A DNA stretch of 64,000 nucleotides from an uncultured Trueperaceae bacterium (GTDB lineage Bacteria; Deinococcota; Deinococci; Deinococcales; Trueperaceae), in assembly GCA_963727505.1 (NCBI GenBank), contig CAVSGP010000008.1, forward strand, positions 1 to 64,000, written 5' to 3'. The notes beneath the pieces were generated by a model. The model was not told the origin of the DNA, ran no database searches, and saw nothing but the letters and a program-made list of their open reading frames with translations. This document shows positions 1 to 11,738 of the stretch, piece after piece; within the stretch, counting starts at the first letter, position 1; each line of letters starts with the position of its first letter. The translations under genes and the position numbers were made by a program.

Positions 1-1352
1 AGTTCATCTTCACGCTCGTCATGGCGCTGCGGTGCTACCCGCTCCAGGCCGGCGGGCTTCTCGCCCTCGAGGCCGTGGCGATCGGGATGACGAGCGCCGA
101 GGCCGTCTATCGGGAGATCGTCGCCGATCTTCCCGTCCTCCTGCTGTTGATCTTCATGGTGGCCGGCATCTACTTCCTGCGCGACGTGCTGCTCTATGTG
201 TTCACCAAGCTGCTGGTCGGCGTCCGTTCCAAGGTGTTGCTGTCGCTCGGGTTCACGTTCGCCGCCGCCTTCCTGTCGGCGTTCCTCGATGCGTTGACGG
301 TGACGGCCGTGATCATCTCGGTGGCGATCGCCTTCTACGGCGTCTACCACAAGGTGGCCTCGGGCAAGGGTTTCGACGACGAGCACGACCACCACGACGA
401 CACGCTCGTCCATGAGTTCCGACACGGCGACCTGGGGCGCTTCCGCGCGTTCCTGCGCAGCCTGATGATGCACGCGGCGGTCGGCACGGCGCTGGGCGGG
501 GTGACGACGCTGGTGGGCGAACCGCAGAACCTCCTGATCGCGAACGTGGCCGGGTGGAATTTCGGGGAATTCTTCATGCGGCTGGCGCCCATCTCGATGC
601 CCGTGCTGGTGGTAGGCCTGCTCACCTGCGTTCTGCTGGAGAGGCTGAAGTGGTTCGGCTACGGGGAGGAACTGCCGGCGTCGGTCCGAGACATCATGGA
701 GGCCTTCGAGCTCCGCGAGGTGACGCGCCGCGACGCCTCGGGCACGTTGCGGATCATCGTGCAAGGGCTGGTGGCGGTGTTCCTGATCGTAGCGCTGGCG
801 TTCCACGTCGCCGAGGTGGGCCTGATCGGGCTGGCGGTGATCATCCTCGCCACGGCCTTCAACGGCGTCACCGACGAGGGCCGCCTCGGTCACGCCTTCC
901 ACGAGGCGTTGCCGTTCACGGCACTGCTGGTCGTGTTCTTCGCGGTAGTGGCCGTGATCCAGGAGCAGCACTTGTTCCAGCCGCTGCTCGACACCGTGAT
1001 GGCCATGAGCGGCCGCGCCCAGATCGGGGCCATGTTCGGGCTCAGCGGCGTGCTCTCGGCGATCAGCGACAACGTCTTCGTGGCCACGGTCTACGTGACG
1101 GGCATCAAGTCCGCGCTGGAAGGGGGGCTCATCTCGACGGGGCAGTTCAACAACCTGGCGGTCGCGATCAACACCGCCACCAACATCCCGAGCGTCGCCA
1201 CCCCCAACGGTCAGGTCGCGTTCCTGTTCCTGCTGACCTCGGGCCTTGCGCCGCTGATCCGGCTGGGCTACGGCCGCATGGTGTGGATGGCGCTGCCGTA
1301 CACCGTGGTGTTGACCGTCACTGCGCTGGCCGCGACCCTGCTGGCGGTCTAG
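1..1352 (+). CDS. nhaB: Na+/H+ antiporter NhaB (5'-truncated by window edge)
   Basis: Frame is open from the window start: [14 protein letters not shown]...; NhaB motifs [47 protein letters not shown]. Confidence 0.92.
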   Translation, partial: FIFTLVMALRCYPLQAGGLLALEAVAIGMTSAEAVYREIVADLPVLLLLIFMVAGIYFLRDVLLYVFTKLLVGVRSKVLLSLGFTFAAAFLSAFLDALTVTAVIISVAIAFYGVYHKVASGKGFDDEHDHHDDTLVHEFRHGDLGRFRAFLRSLMMHAAVGTALGGVTTLVGEPQNLLIANVAGWNFGEFFMRLAPISMPVLVVGLLTCVLLERLKWFGYGEELPASVRDIMEAFELREVTRRDASGTLRIIVQGLVAVFLIVALAFHVAEVGLIGLAVIILATAFNGVTDEGRLGHAFHEALPFTALLVVFFAVVAVIQEQHLFQPLLDTVMAMSGRAQIGAMFGLSGVLSAISDNVFVATVYVTGIKSALEGGLISTGQFNNLAVAINTATNIPSVATPNGQVAFLFLLTSGLAPLIRLGYGRMVWMALPYTVVLTVTALAATLLAV

Positions 1353-1369
1353 CGACGATCGGCGGCAGG

Positions 1370-2503
1370 CTAGCTGGGGCTAGCTGGGGCCGCGGCCTCG
1401 ACGCCCATCTCGGCATCGTCGTGAGGTTCGCTCACGACGCAGTTCCTGCCCGAGCGCTTGCCGGCGTAGAGCGCCTCGTCGGCGGCCCGCACGACGGCCA
1501 CCGCACTGCGGGACGGAGCGCTGCCGGCGACGCCGAAGGTGGCGGTGACGCCGATCCCGTTCCCGGTCGCGCAGTCGGTGCCGCACTCGCGGACCGCGTC
1601 CAGCATCTTGAGAGCGGCGTAGTGCGCTCCGGCCCGCGTGCTGTTGGGGAACAGGACCAGGAACTCCTCGCCACCCCAGCGGGCGACGTAGTCGGTGTCG
1701 CGCACGGCTCCTTCTAGCGCGCCAGCGACGGTTCCCAGGACGGCGTCGCCGCAGGCGTGCCCGTAGGAATCGTTGATGCGCTTGAAGCGGTCGATGTCGA
1801 CCATGACGACGGCGTAGCGCTCGCCGAGGTGTTGCCTGCGAACCTGCGCTGCCTGCAACAGGGCCTCGATGGCGCGCCGGTTGAACAGGCCGGTGAGGGG
1901 GTCGCGGTTGGAGAGTTCCTCCAGGATCACGCTAGCGTGGAGCAGGCCGGCCTCGGCGTCGCCGGTGGCCCTGCCCACGATGACTGCCAGCACCGACAGG
2001 GTGGCGGCGAAACTGATGGCGTTGAACACGCCGAGCACGTCCACGCCGGGCGCCACCGGCGCGGCCAGGGTGCCGTTGAGGTAGGCGTGGAGGGCCAGCA
2101 GGCCGTAGGCGCCGACGGTCGACGTGCACGCAACGGCCTTGGCTCGCTGTGACCAGCTGGGGTGGAGCACGAACAGCATCGGCAGGACGAGCAGGTAGTA
2201 GTGGAAGCCGCTCGTCCAGCCCAGGAGCAGTGTGGCGGTGACGAACAACAGGACGAGGTTCGTCACGGCCAGGAGGAACGCCCCGCGCTCGTGGCCGTTC
2301 CGGAGCAATGCCCAGACGGTCCCGTGCAGCGCCATGCTGCCGAAGTTGACCCACACCATCACCGTCAGGCCCAGCCCGATGAAGAGGGCGGCCAGTGCGA
2401 GGTGGATCGGGAGTGCGGCCCGCTGCATGCGCGTGAAGATCCAACGGAACCGTTCGTCGGCCAGTTGCGCGGATCCGTCGGAGAGGCGCCGCACTTGCTC
2501 CAT
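1370..2503 (-). CDS. Membrane-bound diguanylate cyclase (GGDEF domain)
   Basis: About 5-6 N-terminal hydrophobic helices; DPLTGLFNRR, DIDRFKRINDSYGH and RWGGEEF motifs. Confidence 0.92.
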   Translation of the reverse strand: MEQVRRLSDGSAQLADERFRWIFTRMQRAALPIHLALAALFIGLGLTVMVWVNFGSMALHGTVWALLRNGHERGAFLLAVTNLVLLFVTATLLLGWTSGFHYYLLVLPMLFVLHPSWSQRAKAVACTSTVGAYGLLALHAYLNGTLAAPVAPGVDVLGVFNAISFAATLSVLAVIVGRATGDAEAGLLHASVILEELSNRDPLTGLFNRRAIEALLQAAQVRRQHLGERYAVVMVDIDRFKRINDSYGHACGDAVLGTVAGALEGAVRDTDYVARWGGEEFLVLFPNSTRAGAHYAALKMLDAVRECGTDCATGNGIGVTATFGVAGSAPSRSAVAVVRAADEALYAGKRSGRNCVVSEPHDDAEMGVEAAAPASPS

Positions 2504-2584
2504 GCTCCACTCTACGGCGGGGTGCTGTCGATTCTCATTCGGAGCCGGGGTGGTCCAGGGTAAGGCGTCGGTGCCGTTGCCCGG

Positions 2585-2719
2585 TCAGCGGTCGCCGCTC
2601 CGCGCCATCAGGGTGGGCGGGAACGCCAGGACGAAGGCCGTCGACAGCAGGCCGATCGACAGCAGGTCGATCAATGTGAGCACCCACGGGCCGAGCGCCC
2701 CCAGGCCGAGCGCCTGCAC
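2585..2719 (-). other. Small hydrophobic ORF or remnant 3' end of a membrane-protein gene
   Basis: Not in ORF track; reads VQALGLGALGPWVLTLIDLLSIGLLSTAFVLAFPPTLMARSGDR* with mostly G/C-ending codons; no RBS seen. Confidence 0.3.
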
Positions 2720-3224
2720 AGATGCGGATACCTGGGTTCGTGGTGGCGTGTCCAGGACGATGTGTCGCGGGCGTATGTGCGCGCGGGAACCGCCGACATC
2801 GGCCCAAGCCTAGGCCAGATCTGGGGTTTCGAAGGCATACGTACGTCAGACTTGTGACGTCCGAATCTGGCCGGCGCCACTCTCTCAGGCTCGGCCCTTG
2901 TCCTGGTAGGAGCGCGCGCGAACGCAGGCCGTCGCAGTGCTTGGGAGCTTGGTCACGGAGTTTCCGTACCCGTTGGCGACCTGATCCGATCGCAGAGATC
3001 TGGACCAGGCAGGGTGCGGGTCCCGATGAAGGGGACGTCCCATCCGCCCGAGCGGATCGTCATGAAGCAGCGGGAGGCCGACAAGTTGCTGGCCTCCGGT
3101 GACAGGGCCCTGCCGCTGCTCGGCGTGGCAGGCCGCCTCCTGCCGGACCCTTAGCCCTGTGGCGGACAGCCCTGTGACGGACAGCGCAGCAGAGGCGCAC
3201 CTTGCGCCAACGGCTGGCCGCCCT

Positions 3225-3779
3225 TCATGGCAAGTCCTTGGCGATCACGATGTCGTCTCCGCCTGCGCTGGTGTGGCCGGGCAGCGCGCCGGTCGTGGCT
3301 CCCGTGATGGTGGTGTTGCCGTTGGCGTCGCTGGTGATGCCGTAACCGATGTCGCTGACGCTGGTGCCGAACTGTGTGGCCCAGGTGGCGGGGGTGGCGG
3401 AGGTGCCGGCAGCGATCGTTGGGGTGGTGCCGGAGGTGCTATGGCCGTGACCGTCGCTGACCGTGAGTTTGCTGGTGTAGCTGCCAGGCGAAGAGAACGC
3501 GTAGCCCTGCGACGTGTTCGTACCGCGATCAGGTACGTACACGTCCGCTGTGCCGTCGTTGTTCGCGTCGAGGGCGCACGTGAGGGTGTCGCTGTCGGCA
3601 TCGCTGACGGTCCAGTGATAGGCCGCCCCGCCAGTGATCGACGTGCCCGTGAAGCTCGTGATGACAGGAGCGGTGTTGCTCGAGGGGGCCGTGTTGCCCG
3701 AGGAAGGAGCCGTGCCGCACCCCTGCAACGAGAGCGCCAAGAGCCCGGTCGCGGCCAACCATCCGATACGACGCATCAT
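3225..3779 (-). CDS. Lipoprotein with PKD/Ig-like domain and a single SBBP-type beta-propeller repeat (probably truncated)
   Basis: GGAGGG RBS; lipobox LSLQGC; FSSPGSYTSKLTVSDG (PKD-like); WATQFGTSVSDIGYGITSDANGN...GGDDIVIAK followed by a stop. Confidence 0.65.
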   Translation of the reverse strand: MMRRIGWLAATGLLALSLQGCGTAPSSGNTAPSSNTAPVITSFTGTSITGGAAYHWTVSDADSDTLTCALDANNDGTADVYVPDRGTNTSQGYAFSSPGSYTSKLTVSDGHGHSTSGTTPTIAAGTSATPATWATQFGTSVSDIGYGITSDANGNTTITGATTGALPGHTSAGGDDIVIAKDLP

Positions 3780-4049
3780 GATGTCCCCTCCAAAGGAAGC
3801 CAGCAAGCATCGTCCGTGTTGTGGTCACAGCGACTATACGCCGATGAGGCCGTCGCGCTCCATGTGACCGTCGGCCCCATGGGAACGGCTTCGGGCATCG
3901 CACATCGGACGCCATGGGTATCCAGACGGAAGTTCTCCACAGCCAGAGACGTACTCCTCGGTAAGAAGACGCCCCAAGAGCCTCTTGACCAGCAAGCAGG
4001 CCGACACAGTTCGAGGGGCCCCCTCCATCGGTGCGGCAACAAGGACTCG

Positions 4050-4196
4050 GACTGCGCCTCATGTGACCCGAGGCAGCGTCCAGAGAGACCACCCAGAGCG
4101 ACAGATTCCGGTTCCTCGAACGGTGCCCCATGCTTCGGCGTTGCCGACCACATCTCGTTGGCACGGGTTTTCCTGGAGTCGTCCCGCGAAGCTCAT
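4050..4196 (-). pseudogene. Possible decayed BrnT-family toxin gene
   Basis: MSFA/(frameshift)DDSRKTRAN...KHGAPFEEPESV resembles the BrnT N-terminus (FxWDxxKxxxNxxKHGxxFEE); sits in a lower-GC tract. Confidence 0.25.
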
Positions 4197-4426
4197 GAGC
4201 TGACGTACGTTTGAGCAGATTGGAGCCGTGGAGCGGTGGCTTTGAGCCTGCGAGTCTTGTCAGGGGCCACCCCACGAACTCAGCTACTCGGCTCCAGGCA
4301 TGAGGCCTAGCCGCGAGCCCTGACGGGGCGACGTAGGGTTACATTCTGAGCGTAGGGATCGGTAACTTGCGTCGACGTTTGGTTACAAGAGCAGCACCCA
4401 CGACACATGCCCCCAACAGCAACGGA

Positions 4427-4457
4427 TGCTAGCCTCTCCCATACCCCTAGGGGGTGT
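4427..4457 (+). promoter_or_regulatory. Extended -10 (TGcTAGCCT) followed by a CsoR/CstR-like operator ATACCCCTAGGGGGTGT
   Basis: C-tract/G-tract pseudo-palindrome at 4441-4457, directly upstream of the DUF302 gene. Confidence 0.6.
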
Positions 4458-4502
4458 ACGAACGCCCTACCGACCGCACTCCCGACCCAGGAGGAGAGAC
4501 CC

Positions 4503-4916
4503 ATGGCCCACTACGGAATGACCGCGACTGTCTCCGGCAGCTACGACGACGTGAAGGAGCGCGTCGTCGCCGCGCTGAAGGAACAGGGGTTCGGTGTCCT
4601 GACCACGATCGACGTTCAGGCCACGCTGAAGCAGAAGCTCGACGCCGACATGGAGCGCTACGAGATCCTCGGCGCCTGCAATCCGGCGCTGGCGCACCAG
4701 GCGCTGAAGACCGATCGCGAGATCGGGCTGCTGCTGCCCTGCAACGTGGTGCTGCGCCAGGCCGAGGACGGCGTTACCGTCAGCATGCTCGACCCCGAGG
4801 CGCTATTCTCGCTGGTCCAGGGCGTCAGCGCCGGGGAACTGGCCGACCTCCCGACGCAGGTCAAGGCGCGCCTCCAGAAGGCGCTCGAGGCGGTGAAGGC
4901 GGCGACCGTTGCCTAG
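4503..4916 (+). CDS. DUF302 domain protein
   Basis: GAGGAG RBS; LKEQGFGVLTTIDV, YEILGACNP and IGLLLPCNVV motifs. Confidence 0.9.
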   Translation: MAHYGMTATVSGSYDDVKERVVAALKEQGFGVLTTIDVQATLKQKLDADMERYEILGACNPALAHQALKTDREIGLLLPCNVVLRQAEDGVTVSMLDPEALFSLVQGVSAGELADLPTQVKARLQKALEAVKAATVA

Positions 4917-5057
4917 GATTGTTGCCTAAGGCCATCGCCCGGAATCGTTGCGCAGAATCGTGTTCTGAACGGTGCAGCAGCAACGGGTGTGGTGCCTAGA
5001 ATGACCTGAGCGGGACGGAGCGAGGGCGCCGCGCCCCGCCGAACGGGAGCGAGCACC

Positions 5058-6788
5058 ATGCCGGACCGTCCTTCCTGCCTTCCCTTCTACGCTCTGTTGC
5101 TGGGCGCGGCCCTGATGTTCGCGGTCCTGGGCTCCGGCACCGCGGCGGCCCAGGCCGTACCCTCTTCGTGCAAGGGCCCGATCGCCGCAACGCCCGCAGG
5201 TAGCCTCTGCGGCGCGCGCGAGACGGTCGACGGCACGCCCGTCGACGCCTTCCTCGGCATTCCGTTCGCGGCCCCGACCTCGGGCGCCCATCGCTTCCTC
5301 CCGCCGCGGCCCGCCGCCAGGTGGTCGGGTGTCCGCGACGCCACGGCCTTCGGCCCGGTGTGCCCGCAGACCGGCGATCAGGTCACCGGCCTCGCGGTCA
5401 GCGAGGACTGCCTCTCGTTGAACGTGTGGGTTCCGGCGAGCGTCGCTGCGTCCGATTCGGACCTGGCGGCGCGCTTCGAGCGGGCCCTCCGGGAGATGCG
5501 CGCCGAGCACGCGCCGAACGCCCGTGGGGTAGCGCCATCCAGCGCGTCGGGTCCCGGAGGGTCGTTGCCCGTCCTCGTGTTCGTCCACGGCGGCGGATTC
5601 GTGCACGGTGCCTCCTCGCAGCGGCTCTACCCGGGCGGACCCGCTCTCTACGACGGCGCCCGGATGGCCGCGACGCAGGGCATCGTCGTCGTCACCTTCA
5701 ACTACCGGATCGGCGTCCTCGGGTTCCTGGCGGGCGCGCCGGGTGTGACGCCCAACCTGGGGCTGCTGGATCAGCAACTCGCGCTGCGCTGGGTGCAGCG
5801 CAACATCGGCGCGTTCGGCGGCGACCCGACCCGCGTAACGCTGGCGGGCGAGAGCGCAGGCGCCATGTCCGCGGGGCTCCAGTTCCTCTCCATGCCGACC
5901 AGTGCCGGTCTGTTCCGCGCCGTCATCCTGGAGAGTGACCCCTTCGGGTTGCCCTATCGCACGATGGGGCAGGCCCGCCTGAGCGCCGACTTGTTCCTGC
6001 TGCGCGTGGGCTGCAAGCTGACGAGCGACACGCTGGCGTGCCTGCAGCACCTACCGCTGAAGACGATCCTGCAGGCACAGGACCACAGCGGGCAGGTGAA
6101 TGCCGTGTTGCGGCAAGGTCTCGCGGCCTTCCTCCCCTGGGCGCCGGTGGTGGACGGGCGGCTGGTGGTGGGCCAGCCGCTGCGCGCCGCCCTTGACGGC
6201 GGCGTGACCAAGCCGCTCTTGCTCGGTACGAACGGCAGCGAGGGCACGGTGTTCTTCGCCAACGACGCGCCCATCGGTGTTCTCGGCTACGACGCGCTGG
6301 CGAAGCTCATCGTGGGCGAGGGCCGTGCCGGCGCGCTTGCCTGGCGCTACCCGCCGTCGCTCTTCGGCGACAACACGCAGCAGGTGATCCGTGCCGCGGG
6401 GGACGGGCTCTTCGTGTGCCCGACGCGCGCCGTGGCACGCGCCGCACGGGCGCCCGCCTACCTCTACCACTTCGATCACCGCTCTTCGTTCAACCTCTGG
6501 GCCGACATCGGCCAGTGCAGCAAGGACGCCTGCCACGGGGCGGAGCTTCCCTTCGTCTTCGGCACGGCGGGAGGCAAGATGGCGTTCCTGCCGGCCGAGC
6601 GCCGCCTCTCGGACGCCATGATGGCGGCCTGGGGGGCGTTCGTGCGTGGCGGGGATCCCGCGGCGGCGGGTGCGAAGTCCGGTTGGCCGCGGTTCGACAG
6701 CAGCGGCAAGGTGTGGACGTTGGCGAACGCGCCGACGCTGGCTCCGCCCGGCCCGGCCGCGTGCGGGTTCTGGGGCCAGACCTACTGA
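5058..6788 (+). CDS. Secreted type-B carboxylesterase/lipase
   Basis: Signal peptide; [27 protein letters not shown] nucleophile, HGAEL catalytic His. Confidence 0.92.
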   Translation: MPDRPSCLPFYALLLGAALMFAVLGSGTAAAQAVPSSCKGPIAATPAGSLCGARETVDGTPVDAFLGIPFAAPTSGAHRFLPPRPAARWSGVRDATAFGPVCPQTGDQVTGLAVSEDCLSLNVWVPASVAASDSDLAARFERALREMRAEHAPNARGVAPSSASGPGGSLPVLVFVHGGGFVHGASSQRLYPGGPALYDGARMAATQGIVVVTFNYRIGVLGFLAGAPGVTPNLGLLDQQLALRWVQRNIGAFGGDPTRVTLAGESAGAMSAGLQFLSMPTSAGLFRAVILESDPFGLPYRTMGQARLSADLFLLRVGCKLTSDTLACLQHLPLKTILQAQDHSGQVNAVLRQGLAAFLPWAPVVDGRLVVGQPLRAALDGGVTKPLLLGTNGSEGTVFFANDAPIGVLGYDALAKLIVGEGRAGALAWRYPPSLFGDNTQQVIRAAGDGLFVCPTRAVARAARAPAYLYHFDHRSSFNLWADIGQCSKDACHGAELPFVFGTAGGKMAFLPAERRLSDAMMAAWGAFVRGGDPAAAGAKSGWPRFDSSGKVWTLANAPTLAPPGPAACGFWGQTY

Positions 6789-7282
6789 GCTGGCGCGCCA
6801 CCCAGGTCCGCGGTCGCGGCGATCCGCTGCCGTACCGCCCCGAGGTGGTACGCGGAGTGGGCGAGCACGGCCATCGCCGCGCCTATGGCGTGGTCGTCCC
6901 AGGTGTCGCGGTCCTCGAAGGCCCGCACCGCCCTGGCCGAGGTCTCCTCGAAGGACGCCTTGAGCGCTTCCCACGCCACCGGCGTGACCTCACGAACGCC
7001 CCAGGTGGCGTCCCAGTCGACCTTCTCGGGCCGCCCGTCAGCGAAGCGCAGCAGCGCTTCCAGGTACAGGCGGGCGTGCTCGACGTGCCCGGCGATGCTC
7101 GTCCCGCCGGGCTGCGCCGGTCGTGACGCCGCCTCGGCGGAGAGCGAAGCCAGCGTCGGCTCCCAGCCCGACTGCCGGTCGAGGTAGGCGTTGCCGCCGG
7201 GCCGCGCCGGCGACGCGAACGTCTCCTCCAGGAGGAACGCGAGGTTCCGGCGAAGGGCGTCGAGAACGGGATCGTCGGCCAT
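6782..7282 (-). CDS. DinB/YfiT-like four-helix metalloprotein
   Basis: GGAGG RBS before [13 protein letters not shown] and [11 protein letters not shown]is motifs. Confidence 0.75.
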   Translation of the reverse strand: MADDPVLDALRRNLAFLLEETFASPARPGGNAYLDRQSGWEPTLASLSAEAASRPAQPGGTSIAGHVEHARLYLEALLRFADGRPEKVDWDATWGVREVTPVAWEALKASFEETSARAVRAFEDRDTWDDHAIGAAMAVLAHSAYHLGAVRQRIAATADLGGAPAQ

Positions 7283-7525
7283 GGCATACCTCCGGTGGAA
7301 CGGACGCGGCGGCGCGTGCTCGGGGGGCACGTGCGTGCCGTCGCGCCGCATCCCTTCGATGATAGCGGCCGTCCGGGGCCCACGGCCCGTCGCTGGGGGC
7401 CGTCGCTGGCCGCCGTCGGTCGGAGCCGCCGGGCGGGCCGGTCGCCTGCGCTGCACGGAGTAATCGCTTCCATCCGGTACTATCACTCCCCTGGCGCGGA
7501 GCGCCGACCGGGGGTGGAGCGGGTC

Positions 7526-10034
7526 ATGGCATTGAAGAACGCAACGACGAACACCACGCGACAGGTCCGGTGGGGGCGGCGGCCGTCCCGACCGCTACAA
7601 ATGGGTCGCCCTGTCCAACACCACGCTCGGCATCCTGATGGCGACGATCAACTCCTCGATCGTGCTGATCTCCATGCCGGCGATCTTCCGCGGCATCGAA
7701 ATCAACCCGTTGCAGCCGCAGAACGTCAGCTACCTGTTGTGGTTGCTGATGGGTTACATGGTGGTCACCGCCGTGCTGGTGGTGAGCTTCGGGCGGGTCG
7801 GGGACATGTACGGGCGCGTTCGCATGTACAACCTGGGGTTCCTGGTGTTCACGGTGGGCTCGATCCTGCTGTCGCTGGTGTTCTGGACGGGTCCCTCGGC
7901 CGCCCTCACGTTGATCGGGCTGCGGGTGGTGCAAGGGGTGGGCGGCGCGCTCCTGATGGCGAACAGCGCGGCCATCCTCACCGACGCCTTCCCCGCCGAC
8001 CAGCGCGGCATGGCGCTCGGCATCAACACGGTGGCCGGCATCTCCGGATCGTTCATCGGGCTGGTGATCGGCGGCCTGCTGTCCGTGCTCGACTGGCACC
8101 TGGTGTTCCTGGTGTCCGTCCCGGTGGGGATCGCAGGCACGGTGTGGGCATACTTCCGGCTCCGCGAGATCGGCGTGTCCAAGCGCGCGAAGATCGACTG
8201 GTGGGGGAACCTCACCTTCGGGCTGGGGCTCATCGCGATCCTGGTGGGCATCACCTACGGCATCCAGCCCTACGGGGGTCACCCAACCGGCTGGACCAAC
8301 CCCTTCGTGATCGGCTCGATCATCGGCGGAATCCTCGTTCTGGGGCTGTTCATGGTGATCGAGACGCGCGTGGCCGACCCCATGTTCCGCCTCGGGCTGT
8401 TCCGCATCCGCGCCTTCTCCTTCGGCAACTTCGCCGGCCTGCTGGCGGCCATCGGCCGCGGCGGCCTGATGTTCATGCTGATCATCTGGCTTCAGGGCAT
8501 CTGGCTCCCGCTGCACGGCTACACCTACGAGTCCACGCCGTTGTGGGCCGCCATCTACATGTTGCCCATGACGATCGGCTTCCTGATCGCCGGGCCGGTC
8601 TCGGGGTGGCTCTCCGATCGCTTCGGGGCCCGACCCTTCGCCACCGGCGGCATGGCGGCCGCCGCGGTCACCTTCGGGCTGATGCTGCTGCTGCCGGCGG
8701 ACTTCCACTACCTGTGGTTCGCGTTGCTGCTGCTGGCCAACGGGCTCGCCATGGGACTCTTCTCGGCTCCCAACACCGCAGGCATCATGAACGCGGTGCC
8801 CGCCAACGAGCGCGGGGTGGCGTCGGGCATGCGCGCCACCTTCCAGAACGCGGGCATGAACCTGTCGATCGGGTTGTTCTTCTCGCTGATGGTCGCAGGC
8901 CTCGCCTCGACGCTCCCCAGCACGATGTTCCAGGGCCTCACCGCGCAGGACGTGCCGTCGCAGGTGGCGCGCCGCGTCGCCGACCTGCCGCCCGTCGGCA
9001 GCCTGTTCGCCGCCTTCCTGGGCTACAACCCCATGCAGTCGCTGCTGGGCCCGGTGCTGCCCAACCTACCGGCCGACAAGGCCGCCTACCTCACCGGCAA
9101 GGTGTTCTTCCCGCATCTCATCTCGGTGCCGTTCATGGACGGCATGCACGTCACCTTCACCTTCGCGATGATCATGATGGTCGTCGCTGCGTTCGCCTCC
9201 TGGTTCCGCGGTAAGCGCTACGTGCACGAGGACGCGCCCGTTGCGGAGGCGACCCACCCGGCGCAGGCCTCCCTGCGGCCGGCCGGGCCGGCGAGCACCG
9301 GCGCCGGGAGCGCCGCAGCCCGGAGCGTGAAGGGCCGCGAGGCCGCGCCACAGGGTGCCGCAGGTCCCCTCGTCGCGATCTCGGCCGCGTCGGGGTCGGG
9401 CGAGAGCCGCATCGGCAAGAGCCTGGCCGAGCGCTTGGGTGTGCCCTTCGTGGATCGTGCCATCCCGCCCGAGCTGGAGGCGGAGGTGGCGGAGAAGCTC
9501 GAGCGCAGCTTCGCCGAGGAGGCGCAGGAGCGCCGAGGCGGAAGCGGCGTCGGTCACCTGCTCGCCGAGCTCAGCGCCAGCTCGACGCTCTTTGGCATCC
9601 AGGGCGCCACCGGCAACCAGGCGGCGCTGGCCGAGCGCGACTACGTCCGGCACACGCACGACGCGCTGCTCGAGCTTGCCCGTCGCGGCGGCGCCGTGAT
9701 CGTCGGTCACGGCGCGACCGCCGCGCTGGCCGACGCCGCGGACGTGCTCCGGGTGCGCCTGGAGGCGAGCCTGGAGGCGCGCGTGCAGGCGGTGGTGGAA
9801 CGGGACGGCGTGAGCGAGGGTGCGGCCCGGCGTGCCCTCGAGCGCACCGACGCCGCGCGCCGCGCCTACCTGCGGCGCCTGTACGAGCTGGACCCCGGCG
9901 ACCGGGCGCGCTTCCAGCTCGTGCTCGACACCGCCCAGCTCTCCGAGGAGGCCTGCGTCGACATCCTGACGGCGGCCGTGCGCGGCCGCGCACGGCATGC
10001 CGCCGATGCCGCGGCCGCGGCGCCGCCCTCCTGA
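7526..10034 (+). CDS. DHA2 (EmrB/QacA-like) MFS transporter fused to a C-terminal cytidylate-kinase-like domain; apparent 1-nt frameshift near 7572
   Basis: [22 protein letters not shown] and [11 protein letters not shown] motifs; C-terminal [26 protein letters not shown]...AVIVGHGA. The RBS-bearing ATG at 7526 is out of frame with the main ORF (7638-10034). Confidence 0.85.
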
Positions 10035-10091
10035 ACCTGCGTCGGAGCGGCCCGGACCGCGTGCCGGCAGGCGCGGGTCAGCCCACGCCGG

Positions 10092-11738
10092 TCAGCGGCC
10101 GCGCAGCTCCTTGAACGCGTCGATCAGCCCGTTGGTCGAGCTGTCGTGGCTCGTCACGGGTGCGTCACCGTCGAGCTCGGGCAGCACCGCCTTGGCGAGC
10201 TGCTTGCCGAGCTCGACCCCCATCTGGTCGAAGCTGTCGATGCCCCAGACGACGCCCTGCGTGAAGATCTTGTGCTCGTACAGCGCGATGAGCTTCCCCA
10301 GCGTCTCGGGCGTGAGCTTCTCGAACAGCAACGAGTTGGTGGGGCGGTTGCCTTCGAAGGTCTTGGCCGCGGCCAGGATGTCGAGCCGCTCCGACGGGGT
10401 GCCGTCTGCCTCCAACTCGGCGCGCGTCTCCTCACGCGTGCGGCCGCGCATCAGCGCCTCGGTCTGCGCGAAGAAGTTGGCGAGCAGGATGGCGTGGTGC
10501 CGCCCCACCGGGTGGTGGCTCCTGGCGGGAGCCAGGAAGTCGGCGGGCACGAGCTTGGTGCCCTGGTGGAGGAGCTGGTAGAAGGCGTGCTGCCCGTTGG
10601 TGCCGGGCTGCCCCCACACCACGGGGCCGGTGGAGTAGTCGACGCGCTCGCCGGACCTCGTGACGCTCTTGCCGTTGGACTCCATGTCCCCTTGCTGGAA
10701 GTAGGTGGGGAAGAACTCCAGCGTCTCGTCGTAGGGCAGGATGGCGTGCGTCTGCGCGCCGAAGAAGTTGTTGTACCAGACGCCCAGCATCCCCATCGTG
10801 GCGGGGATGTTGCGCTCCAGCGGGGTCGTGCGGAAGTGCTCGTCGACGGCGTGCGCGCCCTCGAGCAGTTCCTCGAAGGTCTCGAAGCCGACCGCCAGCG
10901 CGATCGACAGGCCGATCGCCGACCACAACGAGTAGCGGCCGCCGACCCAGTCCCAGAACTCGAACATGTTCTCGGGATCGATGCCGAAGCCCTCCACGCC
11001 CTCACGGTTGGTCGACAGCGCCACGAAGTGCTTCGCCACCGCGCTCGCGTCGGGCGCGCTCTCGAGGAGCCAGTCGCGCGCGGTGTGGGCGTTGGTCATC
11101 GTCTCCTGCGTGGTGAAGGTCTTGGAGGCCACCAGGAACAGCGTCGACTCGGGGCGCACGCGCTGCAGCACCTCGCTCATGTTGGTGCCGTCGATGTTCG
11201 AGACGAAGTGCACCTGCATCCCGTCGACGTGATACGGCGTCAGCGCGCGCGTGACCATCTGCGGGCCCAGGTGGGAGCCGCCGATGCCGATGTTGACCAC
11301 GTCGCTGATACGCTCCCCGGAGTAGCCGCGCCAATCGCCGCCGTGAACGGCATGGCAGAAGCCCTTCATCTTGTCGAGCACCCGGTTGACGTCGGGCATG
11401 ACGTCCTTGCCGTCGACCTCGATGGGGCGGCCGCTGCGGTTGCGCAGGGCGACGTGGAGCACCGCGCGGTCCTCGCTGGTGTTGATCTTCTCGCCCGCGA
11501 ACATCGCCCGCGTCCGGTCCTCGAGCCCGGTGTCACGCGCCAGCGCGTACAGGAGCCGCATCGTCTCCTCGGTGATGCGGTTCTTGGAGAAGTCGAACAG
11601 GATGTCATCACACCGCAGGTGGAAGCGCTGGAAGCGTTGCGGGTCGCGCGCGAAGAGGTCGCGCATGCGGAGGTCCTCGACCTCGGCGTGGTGCTTCTCG
11701 AGCCGCGTCCAAGCGGCGGAGCCTGTCAGGGATGGCAT
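10092..11738 (-). CDS. pgi: Glucose-6-phosphate isomerase
   Basis: [41 protein letters not shown]. Confidence 0.98.
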   Translation of the reverse strand: MPSLTGSAAWTRLEKHHAEVEDLRMRDLFARDPQRFQRFHLRCDDILFDFSKNRITEETMRLLYALARDTGLEDRTRAMFAGEKINTSEDRAVLHVALRNRSGRPIEVDGKDVMPDVNRVLDKMKGFCHAVHGGDWRGYSGERISDVVNIGIGGSHLGPQMVTRALTPYHVDGMQVHFVSNIDGTNMSEVLQRVRPESTLFLVASKTFTTQETMTNAHTARDWLLESAPDASAVAKHFVALSTNREGVEGFGIDPENMFEFWDWVGGRYSLWSAIGLSIALAVGFETFEELLEGAHAVDEHFRTTPLERNIPATMGMLGVWYNNFFGAQTHAILPYDETLEFFPTYFQQGDMESNGKSVTRSGERVDYSTGPVVWGQPGTNGQHAFYQLLHQGTKLVPADFLAPARSHHPVGRHHAILLANFFAQTEALMRGRTREETRAELEADGTPSERLDILAAAKTFEGNRPTNSLLFEKLTPETLGKLIALYEHKIFTQGVVWGIDSFDQMGVELGKQLAKAVLPELDGDAPVTSHDSSTNGLIDAFKELRGR

